64,000 bases of DNA, from positions 25,976-89,975 of the forward strand of contig JAZKDU010000022.1 in assembly GCA_040387415.1 (NCBI GenBank), in the 5' to 3' direction. Below, piece by piece: positions 10,801 through 20,500 of this stretch (position 1 is its first letter; every line of letters begins with the position of its first letter). Below the pieces are notes generated by a model that searched no databases, was not told the DNA's origin, and saw nothing but the letters and a program-made list of their open reading frames with translations. The position numbers and the translations under genes were made by a program. The stretch is from Bacteroidota bacterium (lineage in GTDB: Bacteria; Bacteroidota; Bacteroidia; 2-12-FULL-35-15).

Positions 10801-10873
10801 CTATCTGCGTGCCGGATTGTGAAAAGGACAATTGAAAAGATAAAAATGCTAAAAAAGTAACTATTGTTTTCAT
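7853..10873 (-). CDS. T9SS-secreted GH18 hydrolase with CUB, ConA/lectin-like and FN3-like domains and a type-A CTD
   Basis: Signal peptide. GH18 motifs VYGWHPYW, GVNIDFEG, IMGYDY, LGLPYYG and GGIGIWALGYD. CUB segment (YDMGGP..NY...LNFTSFATE..D.LWIYDG). CTD VYPNPF...KGMYFVKL. Confidence 0.9.
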   Translation of the reverse strand: MKTIVTFLAFLSFQLSFSQSGTQIGSEPASDYVPYKSIHQEQSEKYAHYNLSTDAQWDSLRIFTTGMPKSSALKSNRTCTLNKRVYGWHPYWSNGLQTNYDWAGLTDLCFFGYDVNSSDGNAVTTHGWSTAQVVTDAQTNGVNVTLCATLFSGHTAFLGNSTSRQTLITNLINLVQARNGHGVNIDFEGMAASNNVAFTSFMISLCNQMHAAIPGSEVSIALPAVEWSNVFNIPALTPYVDLFIIMGYDYYYSGSSIAGPDAPLYNFLTSYNYTLTKSITYYLNKGTTRSKLLLGLPYYGREWSTSSGTIPGTTTGSSSTVFYNEIRNNVNGYYSNRQWDANSFSSWYPSQRSGQWWQCFVDDAYSLSKRFDIVNQQGLGGIGIWALGYDDGYSDFWDLIQSKFTDCAVVPCTDTIYDMGGPNRNYNDNEKYTYTIAPAYATGLTLNFTSFATELNSDSLWIYDGTSISSPLVGAYHGANSPGTVTSTGPALTIRFKSDGSTPAAGWRAIWNCSIDNTVPVTQVTAPANWATQNFTATFTDTDNTGGSGIEKSFYQVLEYTGIEWRANNGNGFFSDNFDNAIHTDWTSASGTWAINGGFLEQNDQSNTNTNIYAPLKQNLSNRYLYNWKGKIDGTGINRRAGFHFFCDSAAQTNRGNSYFVWFRADQSQLQIYKVVNNTFGSAVFTTPVTINANTWYDYHVLYDRVSGKMDVYVNNDLIGTWTDPSPYSNGNYISFRSGDCNYMVNDLKVYRSRLPSVTVSVGAASTNDVRYQNPNPTTPACRVKSITKDAAGNLSVVASQDVDVDWSAPIGFSVNDGTAADIDTTNSLIQLSANWTASADTNSALVKYWYAIGTAAGATDVVNWTDNGLNTSVTHTGLTLVPNQNYYVSVKSEDGAGLQTAAFSSNGQMFAVTSIDEQTLINNLSVYPNPFNGSTIITYQLSGNSAVEISLTDVLGKRINLFNNVQSSGKYQIEINSADLKLAKGMYFVKLRTEKGQRIVKVVVE

Positions 10874-11005
10874 TGAAATTTAATTAGTAAAAACAGAAAG
10901 TCCCAATTCTTTTTTTTAGTTCTTGTTGAGTTAAATATCTTTTTATTTATAAAAGATATTATTCTTCAAAAATTGATAAAAATAAAATTGAGACAATCCT
11001 TTAAA

Positions 11006-14000
11006 TTATTTAACAGTAACCTTTAAAAAGTTCTGTCCGCTATCAGTTTTCAACTTAACAAAATACATCCCTTTCGCAAGTTGTAGTTCTGTGGAATTAA
11101 CTGTTATTTCGTGTTTACCGGCTAACTGATTTGAATTGGTATATAAAACAAGCTGCTTACCTAACACATCGGTTAATGTTACTTCCACATTAGAAGCCAT
11201 TGACAACCGATAAGCAATGGTAGTGTTACTCGTAAATGGATTCGGGTAAACCGATAAACCATTAGCAGCAATCTGTTCATCAATGGATGCTATAACCACC
11301 GTTTGTCCATTACTGGTATACACAGCCGATTGCAATCCTGCACCATCTTCAGCCTTTACTGAATAATAATACGTTTGTCCGTTTGTAAGGCCAGCCAAAC
11401 CTGTTGCAGTAGCAGCCTGGCTAAACCAGTTGTCGGTATAGTCCAATATATCTGTTCCACCTGAAGTGCTGCCAATTGCATACCAATAACGTGCAATAGC
11501 AGAATTGGGATCATCAGATGCGCTCCAGTTAGCGGATAAACTGGTTACGGAATTAGTAGTTGCGATATCTGCAGCGGTTCCATCATTAATAGTATCAACA
11601 GTGCTTGGCGGGGTCCAGTCCACATTAATATTCTCATAAAAAATAGCGGACAAATTACCAGCTGAATCAGCACAGATCGATTTTATTTTTCCGGAATAAG
11701 TAGTAGGATCTGAGTTTTGGTAACGAATATCGTTGGTAGCTGCTGCACCAACAGTTATATTAGCAGCGGTTGCAGTTCTTGAACGGTAAACCTTCAATTC
11801 ATTGATAGCAAAATTCGCGTTTCCGCTACGGAACGAAATCCCATTTCCGGAAGCAAGCGGAGTACTGTCGGTCCAGCTGGTAATCAATTGATTATCTCTA
11901 TAAACAGTGATTTCACCCGAAATTCTATCGTAAATAATTTTATAATCATACCACTGTCCTGCAACGGTAGTAAAAGGTATACTTACAACAGGTGAACCAA
12001 AAACGTTGTTAGTTACTTCATAAACCTGCAACAAAGCGTTATCTACCCTAAACCAAACAAAATAGGAATTACCACGGTTGGTTTGTGACGCATTATCGCA
12101 AAAGAAGTGAAAACCGGCACGTTTACTAGTTCCCGCCCCATCAATTTTTCCATAAAAATTGTATAAATACCTGTTGGAAAGTGTTTGATTTAGCGTTGCA
12201 TAAATATTGGTATTGCTTGAATCTTCATTTGACTGGTACAATGCTCCTCCATTAATACTCCAGTTGCCATTAGCGCTTGTCCAATCCGGATGAATTGCCA
12301 AATCAAAATTATCAGCAAAAAAACCATTATTAGCATTGGCGCGCCATTCTGTACCATCAAAATCAATTACCTGGTAATAGCTTTTTTCAAGGCCGCTTCC
12401 GCCTACTTCATCAGCATCGGTAAAATTAGCAGTGAAATTGCCTGTTTCCCAGATATTGTTTGTACTTACGGTAGTTGTTGGGGGGGTATTATCAGCAGGA
12501 GTTGGAGTTACAGCATTGCTAGTCCAGCTAGCCGCCCAACCTGTACTGCTGGTATTACAATCTGAACGGAATTCAAGCAATAAAGAACCACCATTAGATG
12601 TAATTGTTCCGGGACTAGTTGTTCCTGTATATTGTCCAATAAGCGGAGCTGAAGTAGTAGCTCCATCGTATATAAACAGATGGTCCCAGTTTAACTCCGT
12701 ATTAAATGAAGTGAAATTAAGCGTAATTGACGTTGCTCCTGTTGGTTGAATTAAGGTAAGAATACGCTCATCATCAGTATAATTACTTCCGGATCCACCG
12801 CTATCATAAGTGTTTCCTGAAGCACCTGTAACGGTAGTAATTGATGGGTTGTTGTTTATTAATAAATAATATTTCGCCCAGTTCCAGTTTGGTCCCGGGT
12901 CACTGTGACTTTGATTAGGATACATTTGGTGTCCTTTTATTGTTGTACAAGCACCTAAACCGCATTGAGTGGTACCACCTGAACATCCCGGCCCATAATA
13001 GGTTCTTAACGGGTTGATCCCATAACCACTTTGTGTAATATCTCTGGATAAATTTGCTGAGCTGGTATACATAGCTGTTGTGTACCAGGATGCATTATTT
13101 ACGTACCCTTCATGCTCATAACCAATTGTATAGGGGTTTTCAGACCCCACATGCCATCCTTTATTTGCTTCTAAAACCATTTGTGTAACCTGCCCGTCTG
13201 ATGATCGGATTACATAGTGCGTAGAAGCACTGGCAGAACAGTTTTTAAACCATGAAATACAGCCAGAATAAGTTCCCTGAACGGTGTGAATTGTAATAGC
13301 AGAAATTGCCGTGCCGCTGCGTGAACTATAATTACATGTGGTTGGATCCCAGATTGCAGGGCCATATTCCGTTGATTGCAGTGAACTTTGTTGAAATTGC
13401 TGACCGTTTGCATTATATACACTTTCGTCAGTAATGGTTATACTACTTGAGCTCAAAACAGCATAGTTGACAGCACCAAAAATGGCCGGAAAGTCAATAT
13501 TATAATTCGGAAAACCATACAACTGCTGATAATCAGCTGTATTTAAAAACTGTAAGTACCCGAATATCTGCGTATTAAGAGCAAAATTTTGTCCTTTTGT
13601 TTCCTGCGGCAACTCACTTAAAGAAACTAATACCGGTATTTGTTCTGAAATAGTGTTACCGGTAATGTTCAAAAGTTGTTTTGTTGCAACATATGCTTTG
13701 GCATAGGCCAAAACGCTTTTTTCGGGGTTACTGATAATTTCGTCTACGCTGAATCCGGATAAATTAGATACAGTTACCAGGTTATTAGCAAAGTAATGTT
13801 GTCCATCCAGCGTTAAACCCATTAAGCCATATGCATTGGGGATACCACTACAACCTTCCGGCTCTGCTGATACATGCTGTAAATGCGTAAAATGAGTGTT
13901 GCAAAACGATACTGCTTCTAATATTCCCCTTGGAATTTCAGGGTATTGCTGATAAGCTGCATTAAATGACGAAGTATAATTATTTACAACAATTTCGTCT

Positions 14001-14077
14001 GATTTATCGGTTTTTGAAAATAATTCTGACGTAGAAAATGTAAATGCGAATGCAATAAAAAGTAAAGATTTTTTCAT
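11006..14077 (-). CDS. T9SS-secreted N-acetylmuramoyl-L-alanine amidase (Amidase_2) with CUB, lectin-like and FN3-like domains and a type-A CTD
   Basis: Motifs TIHTVQG, STHYVI, WHVG, GYEHEG, IKGHQ and HSDPGPNWNW (His/His/Asp Zn ligands). Same C-terminal chassis as its neighbours; CTD VYPNPF...KGMYFVKL. Confidence 0.9.
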   Translation of the reverse strand: MKKSLLFIAFAFTFSTSELFSKTDKSDEIVVNNYTSSFNAAYQQYPEIPRGILEAVSFCNTHFTHLQHVSAEPEGCSGIPNAYGLMGLTLDGQHYFANNLVTVSNLSGFSVDEIISNPEKSVLAYAKAYVATKQLLNITGNTISEQIPVLVSLSELPQETKGQNFALNTQIFGYLQFLNTADYQQLYGFPNYNIDFPAIFGAVNYAVLSSSSITITDESVYNANGQQFQQSSLQSTEYGPAIWDPTTCNYSSRSGTAISAITIHTVQGTYSGCISWFKNCSASASTHYVIRSSDGQVTQMVLEANKGWHVGSENPYTIGYEHEGYVNNASWYTTAMYTSSANLSRDITQSGYGINPLRTYYGPGCSGGTTQCGLGACTTIKGHQMYPNQSHSDPGPNWNWAKYYLLINNNPSITTVTGASGNTYDSGGSGSNYTDDERILTLIQPTGATSITLNFTSFNTELNWDHLFIYDGATTSAPLIGQYTGTTSPGTITSNGGSLLLEFRSDCNTSSTGWAASWTSNAVTPTPADNTPPTTTVSTNNIWETGNFTANFTDADEVGGSGLEKSYYQVIDFDGTEWRANANNGFFADNFDLAIHPDWTSANGNWSINGGALYQSNEDSSNTNIYATLNQTLSNRYLYNFYGKIDGAGTSKRAGFHFFCDNASQTNRGNSYFVWFRVDNALLQVYEVTNNVFGSPVVSIPFTTVAGQWYDYKIIYDRISGEITVYRDNQLITSWTDSTPLASGNGISFRSGNANFAINELKVYRSRTATAANITVGAAATNDIRYQNSDPTTYSGKIKSICADSAGNLSAIFYENINVDWTPPSTVDTINDGTAADIATTNSVTSLSANWSASDDPNSAIARYWYAIGSTSGGTDILDYTDNWFSQAATATGLAGLTNGQTYYYSVKAEDGAGLQSAVYTSNGQTVVIASIDEQIAANGLSVYPNPFTSNTTIAYRLSMASNVEVTLTDVLGKQLVLYTNSNQLAGKHEITVNSTELQLAKGMYFVKLKTDSGQNFLKVTVK

Positions 14078-14223
14078 TGGTATTTTTTTATGATTTTAAT
14101 ATTCAAGTAAAGATAAATTATTTTCCTAAAACTACGTCTTAAGCACCTCTAACACCATTAAAAGATATTAACAATTATCAATCTGACTAACTATCTTCCT
14201 TATTATTATAAACAAAGCGGGAA

Positions 14224-17200
14224 CTATTTTGCAATGATTTTTACAAATTTCCGATCATCATTAGTTTGCAGTTTAATAAAATAAATTCCTTTTGCCAGCT
14301 GTAAATCCGCTGTGTTAAACGATAGCTTATGCTTACCAGAAGCCTGATTCGGATTATCATACAAAATATGTTCCTTGCCCAATAGATCAGTCAACGTGAT
14401 AAGTACATCCGAATTAGCTGTAAGTTCATAAATAATAGTTGTGCTGGTAGAGAAAGGGTTTGGAAAAACTGACATACCTTGGATTGCAATTTGCTCATCT
14501 ATTGAAGCAATTACTACCGTCTGTCCGTTACTAGTAAAAGGCGCTGATAGCAGACCTGCACCATTTTCCGCCTTAACTGAAAAGTAATACGTTTGTCCGC
14601 TTACCAGGCTTAAACTATCAACTGTGGCTGACTGCGCAAACCAATTATCCGTATAGTTAAGAATATCTGTTCCTCCAGATGTTGTGCCAATCGCATACCA
14701 GTAGCGCGAAAGTGCTGAATTTGAATCTACAGATGCTGTCCAGTTAGCAGATAGATCTGTTAATGAATTGGTGGTGCTGATGTCTGCCGCTGTACCATCA
14801 TTAATGCTATCTGCAACACTTGGAGGCGTCCAATCCACATTAACATCTTCGGATGTTATCGCTGATATATTTCCGGCAACATCAGTACAAATAGACTTTA
14901 TTCTGCCTGAAGGTGTTGTTGGACTTGAATTTTGATATCGGATATCATTAGTATTTCCGGCCCCTACCGTTATTGCTGCCGAAGCAACAGGTCGGGAACG
15001 GTACACTTTCAATTCATTTACTGATAAAGTGGCATTTCCGGTACGAAACGAAATTCCATTCCCCGTAGCTAAAGGAGAAGCATCTATCCAACTGATTATG
15101 AACTGATTATTACGATAGACACTGATTTTACCGGAAATACGATCATAAATAATCTTATAATCATACCATTGTCCGGCAACGGTTGTACATGCTGCGCTTG
15201 CTACCGGAGTACCGGTAACATTGTTAACCCCTTCTAAAATTTCTATTACAGAAGCATCCGGTTTAATCCATACAAGATAGGAGTTACCGCGGTTTGATAA
15301 CGAAGCGTTATCACAGAAAATATGAAGCCCTGCCCGCTTGTTAGTTCCGGCACCATCAATTTTTGCATAAAAATTGTATAAATACCTGTTCGATAGGTTT
15401 TGAGTTAAGGATGCATAAATGTTAGTGTTCCCTGAGTTTTCGTCCGACTGATAAAGTGTACCACCGTTAATTCCCCATGTTCCTGCTGCACTTGTCCAAT
15501 CAGGATGAACAACATAATCAAAATTATCAGCAAAAAAGCCATTGTTCGCATTCGCACGCCATTCTGTTCCGTCAAAGTCAATTACCTGGTAAAAGCTTTT
15601 TTCCAGGCCGCTTCCTCCTGTATTATCAGCATCTGTAAAATTAGCAGTAAAATTGGTTGTTTCCCAACTGTTTGTATTGGCTATAAGTGTTGTAGGGGCA
15701 ACGTTATCAATAGGAGTTGGGGGTGTAGCATTACTTGTCCAGTTCGCAGCCCACCCGGGAGCAGTGGTAGCACAATCCGAACGGAATTCGAGTAATAAAG
15801 AACCACCGTTGGAAGTAATTGTTCCAGGACTTGTATTACCAGTAAACTGACCAATTAGCGGAGCTGAAGTGGTTGTACCATTATAAATAAGTAAATAATC
15901 ATAATTTGCCTCCAGGTTAAATGCTGTAAAATTAAGTGTTACCGATGTAGCTCCCGCAGGCTGAATCAGCTTTAATAACCGCTGGTCATTTGTATAATTT
16001 CCACTTGGGCCGCCATTGTCGTAGGAAGTTCCTGTTGCTCCGGTAACAGTTGTAATAGTTGGATTGTTATTAATTAATAAATAGTATTTCTTCCAGTTCC
16101 AGTTTGGTCCGGGATCAGTATGTGATTGGCCCGGGTACATCTGGTGGCCTTTAATTTTAGTGCAGCCGCCAATACCGCATTGGCCGGCTCCACCGGAACA
16201 TCCCGGCCCATAATAAGTCCGTAAACCACTGATTCCGTAACCACTGTTGCATATATCTCTTACCAAGGCAGCAGAACTAGTGTACATTGCATTAGTGTAC
16301 CAGCTGGCCTGGGCAATGTACCCTTCATGTTCAAGACCTATAGTATAAGGATTTTCATTTCCAACATGCCATGCTTTTTTGGATTCAAGAACCATTTGGG
16401 TAATTTGTCCGTCACTTGAGCGAATAACATAATGTGCCGAAACATTTGCAGCACAATTCTGAAACCAGGAAATACACCCCGCATAAGAACCCTGTACCGT
16501 GTGAATAGTAACGGCCGAAACAGCAGTTCCGTTGCGAGAACTATAATTACATGAACCGGCAGGAGTCCACAAAGCGGGACCATAGTCGGTTGACTGAAGT
16601 GATTTTAACTGAAATTGCTGTCCGCTTTTATTGGAAATAATTTCTTCTGATACAGTAATATCTGCTGAACTCAACACCTCATAATTATTTGCACCAAAAA
16701 TGGTCTGAAAATCAATGGGATAATTTGGAAAACCATACTGTTGTTGATACACTGAGGTATTCAAAAACTGCAAATAACCAAATAGTTGAGTATGGAGTGC
16801 AAAATTTTGTCCTTTGGTTTCCTGCGGTAATTCACTTAAAGCCACCAATACCGGTACCTGTTTCGCAATGTTACTTCCACTAATATGCAGCGACTGTTTA
16901 ATAAGCGAGTATGCTTTGGCGTATGCCAAAATACTTTTTTCCGGATTTCCAATAATGTCATCCACACTATATCCTGATAGTTGTGCAACTGTAATAAGAT
17001 TATTGGAAAAGTAATTTTGCCCATCTAACGTAAGTCCCATAACCCCATAAGCATTTGGTATTCCGGCACATCCTTCCGGTTCAGGGGAAGTGTGCTGCAG
17101 ATGAGTAAAATGTGTATTACAAAAGGAAACCGCTTCCAGCACTCCTTTTGGTATTTCAGGATATTGCTGATATGCTTTCGCAAAGAAAGTAGCGTAATTA

Positions 17201-17289
17201 TTCACAACAATTTCGTCAATATTACTTTGACCGAATGAATACCATGGAAATGAAAAAAATGTGAATGTAATGAGTAATAGTCTTTTCAT
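14224..17289 (-). CDS. Paralogous T9SS-secreted N-acetylmuramoyl-L-alanine amidase (Amidase_2)
   Basis: Motifs TIHTVQG, SAHYVI, WHVG, GLEHEG, IKGHQ and HTDPGPNWNW. Collinear with 11006..14077 over its full length; CTD VFPNPF...KGIYFIKL. Confidence 0.9.
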   Translation of the reverse strand: MKRLLLITFTFFSFPWYSFGQSNIDEIVVNNYATFFAKAYQQYPEIPKGVLEAVSFCNTHFTHLQHTSPEPEGCAGIPNAYGVMGLTLDGQNYFSNNLITVAQLSGYSVDDIIGNPEKSILAYAKAYSLIKQSLHISGSNIAKQVPVLVALSELPQETKGQNFALHTQLFGYLQFLNTSVYQQQYGFPNYPIDFQTIFGANNYEVLSSADITVSEEIISNKSGQQFQLKSLQSTDYGPALWTPAGSCNYSSRNGTAVSAVTIHTVQGSYAGCISWFQNCAANVSAHYVIRSSDGQITQMVLESKKAWHVGNENPYTIGLEHEGYIAQASWYTNAMYTSSAALVRDICNSGYGISGLRTYYGPGCSGGAGQCGIGGCTKIKGHQMYPGQSHTDPGPNWNWKKYYLLINNNPTITTVTGATGTSYDNGGPSGNYTNDQRLLKLIQPAGATSVTLNFTAFNLEANYDYLLIYNGTTTSAPLIGQFTGNTSPGTITSNGGSLLLEFRSDCATTAPGWAANWTSNATPPTPIDNVAPTTLIANTNSWETTNFTANFTDADNTGGSGLEKSFYQVIDFDGTEWRANANNGFFADNFDYVVHPDWTSAAGTWGINGGTLYQSDENSGNTNIYASLTQNLSNRYLYNFYAKIDGAGTNKRAGLHIFCDNASLSNRGNSYLVWIKPDASVIEILEGVNNVTGTPVASAACTTVAGQWYDYKIIYDRISGKISVYRNNQFIISWIDASPLATGNGISFRTGNATLSVNELKVYRSRPVASAAITVGAGNTNDIRYQNSSPTTPSGRIKSICTDVAGNISAITSEDVNVDWTPPSVADSINDGTAADISTTNSLTDLSANWTASVDSNSALSRYWYAIGTTSGGTDILNYTDNWFAQSATVDSLSLVSGQTYYFSVKAENGAGLLSAPFTSNGQTVVIASIDEQIAIQGMSVFPNPFSTSTTIIYELTANSDVLITLTDLLGKEHILYDNPNQASGKHKLSFNTADLQLAKGIYFIKLQTNDDRKFVKIIAK

Positions 17290-17343
17290 TCTTTAAATTT
17301 TATAAGTTGAAAGTCATTTCATTAACTGCTTTAACCTTTATGT

Positions 17344-17351
17344 CAAAGTTA
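17344..17351 (-). promoter_or_regulatory. -7 element (TAACTTTG) for the amidase/amidase/GH18 block
   Basis: Consensus match about 55 bp upstream of the ATG at 17289. Confidence 0.55.
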
Positions 17352-17507
17352 AGCATTGATTGTAGAAAAACCAAGTTTTTAAGTCACAAAGCCTATTAAA
17401 CGGGGATATATCAACAAATTGCTCTATTCCATATTAGGGAAGGGATTGTTGAAAAGTAAACAGTAAAGGACAAGTTGAGTTGTGGAAAAAATTTAATGAG
17501 AAACAGG

Positions 17508-20500
17508 TTAACGCAGCAGCGTGACATCACCAGTTTTAAGAATTTGTTTTCCGTTATTCAATTTTATACGCGCTTTCCAGACATATACATCCGGCTGGCA
17601 TATTTTACCTTTGTAATAGCCATCCCAGCCAACTTTTACATCAAAGGATTCAAAGATAAGCTCACCCCAACGATTGAAAATTTCCAATTTAAATTCTATC
17701 ACTCCTATCGTATAAGGAAAAAAGATATTATTATCAATGCTATTTATATCATAATTTCCACCAGTTGGCCCGCCAGACCCTGGCGTGAATACATTTGGAA
17801 AAACAATATCGGAATTGGTTAACACCTGAATGGTGGCTGTATCAGCGCAACCCTGCTGAGAAACAACAATAAGCTGCACCGGAAAAATCCCTACAGTTGA
17901 ATAAACATGCTGTGCATTAAAGGTTGCTGCAGTGTTGCCATCACCAAAACTCCAATTATATGTTATTCCCCCTACAGATTGATTACTTGCGATTAGTTGC
18001 TCAAAAGGAAGATCCAGAGTAGTTGAGTTCACGGTAAAAGCTGCTATAGGAAATGGATACGCATTTATTATTAAAGGAGCAGACGAATTATTATTGGTAC
18101 AACCGCCTGATGTAGTTACCGTTAAACTAACAGAATACGTTCCCGCATTGGTATATAAATGTGCCGGATTTTGCTGAGTGGATGTAGTTCCATCACCAAA
18201 ATTCCAGTTCCAGGCGATAATCGGATCGCTTACATTCCCCGTTACAGAATTATCGGTAAAAGTAACCGTGTTTGGAACACAAGTTACTGCAGTGTCAGAT
18301 GTTAAAGACACCGTTGGAGGCGGATTAAAAAGTACCTGAACAGAATCTGTTACGGACGAACCGCAAGTGTTGCTTACAGTTACAATATATGTGGTAGGTT
18401 GGGCTGGCGTAACCGAATATCCACCAGGGCCGTTACCTAAGTTATTGTTCCAGACATAAGTTAATGGTCCCGGAGTACCAGTAACCTGAACATATACAAC
18501 AGAAGTTTGTCCCGGACAAATTGGCGAATAGGCAATAGCCTGAACATTTGCGGGAGCCAAAGAATATACAACAATAGAAGTGGTATCAGAAGTACCTGCG
18601 CATCCGTTTTGATCATAAGCAATTACCGTATAGGTAGATGTGCTTGAAGGAGTAGCGTTCAATGTGCCTGAATTAACCGTGTTTGAAGGCAGCCATGCAT
18701 AATAATAATTACCGGCCCCACCAGTAGCCGTTGCTGTAACCACTCCCGACTGACCAAGACAAACCGTATCATTTATCCCTCCAGTGGTTATTACCTGAGT
18801 TGGCTGTGTTATTTGCGCAGTAACAGTAGCATTGCATCCATTGCCATCCGTAATTGTTACGGTGTAAGTACCCGCACTAAGATTGCTGGCTCCACTTCCG
18901 GTTTGAACAGGGCTGGTTGACCATGCATAGCTATAAGCTAAAATTCCACCACTTACAAATACAGAAGCACTTCCATTGGAGCCATTATAGCAAGTAGAAT
19001 TTACAACAGAACTAATGGATGTAGAAATTGCTGTAGGCTGGCTTAAATTTACAGAAATAGATGACGGACAATTATTTTGATCAGTTACAATTACTGTATA
19101 CGTTCCAGCAGTAAGGCCGCTTACTACCGGGGAGCCCGATACATTTGGAGACCAGGAATAATTATAGGTAGGTATTCCTCCGGAAGCGGCAACTGTAATG
19201 GATCCACTATTTCCTCCATTACACAATATATTATTTACCGAAGTGGCTGAAACAGTAACAGGTGTAGGCTGAGTAATGGTTGCAGTAGTGGAAGCCTGGC
19301 ACCCTAAAGCATCGGTAACATTTACAGTATAGGTTCCGGCAGTTAATGAAGTGGCAGATAAATTAGTTCCTCCATAAGGCGACCAATTGATTGAATAAGG
19401 TGAAGTACCATTGTTTATTGCTATTGTAGCAGTACCATTATTTCCACCATAACAGGAAACGTTATTTATAGCAGAAACAACAACGGTTGGTCCGGGAATA
19501 TTCGTTAACGTTAAAGAATATACCGCAGAGCAGGTTTTTGAATCGGTTACCTGTAAAGTATAGGTTCCTGGCCCAACTGCACTTATAGATGAAGTTGTAG
19601 TAGCTCCCGGCAGCCAATTATAAGTATATGGAGCTGTTCCACCCGAAATTTGGGAGAATATAGACCCATTGTTTAACCCACATGAAGGATTTGTAGAAAC
19701 AAGCGTTCCTGCAACCTGTGTAGGCTGTAAAATAGTTAATGCCACATTTGTCTGACAGCCTAATAAATCGGTAACCAACACAAAATAAGTCCCAGCTGAT
19801 AGATTTGTAGCCGTTTGGCCTGTGGCTCCTGAAGGAGACCACTGGTAGGTATATGCTGGTGTTCCACCTACCGGATTTACCGTTCCAGAGCCATCAGAAG
19901 ATCCGAAACAACTGGCCGCTACCCTGCTGCTTGTTGCTGATAATGCCTGTGCAGGCTGCGTGATACCAATAGTTGCAGATGCGGTACAACCATTAAGATC
20001 GGTAATATTCACAGTATAAGTACCCACTGATAAACCCGTTCCTGTGGGTCCATTACCTCCAACTGGCGCCCAACTATAACTGTAAAATGGCGTTCCTCCA
20101 TTTACACTTACCGTTGCCGTTCCATTATTTCCTCCAAAACAACTTACATTGCTTGATGCAGAAATGGTTGCTGTTAGAAGTGCTGGCTGACTTACACTAA
20201 ATGTTTGCGTTTGCACACAACTATTCATATCAGTAACCTGAACAGTGTAGCTAGTATTTGCAACCAGATTTGTAATGCTGGTACCCGTAGTTCCACCAGG
20301 TAACCATTGATAAGAAAGAGTACCGGTTCCACCTGTAGCACTTACAGTAGCTGTTCCATCACTTCCGCCCAAACATTTTACATCTGTTGTTGTTAAAGTA
20401 ATTGAAATGGCAGGAGGCTCGGAAATAGCAGGGCTAGTTGTTGCAAGTGATTGACAACCAATCGCATCAATAACCGTAACTGTGTAGGTTCCTGCAGTTA

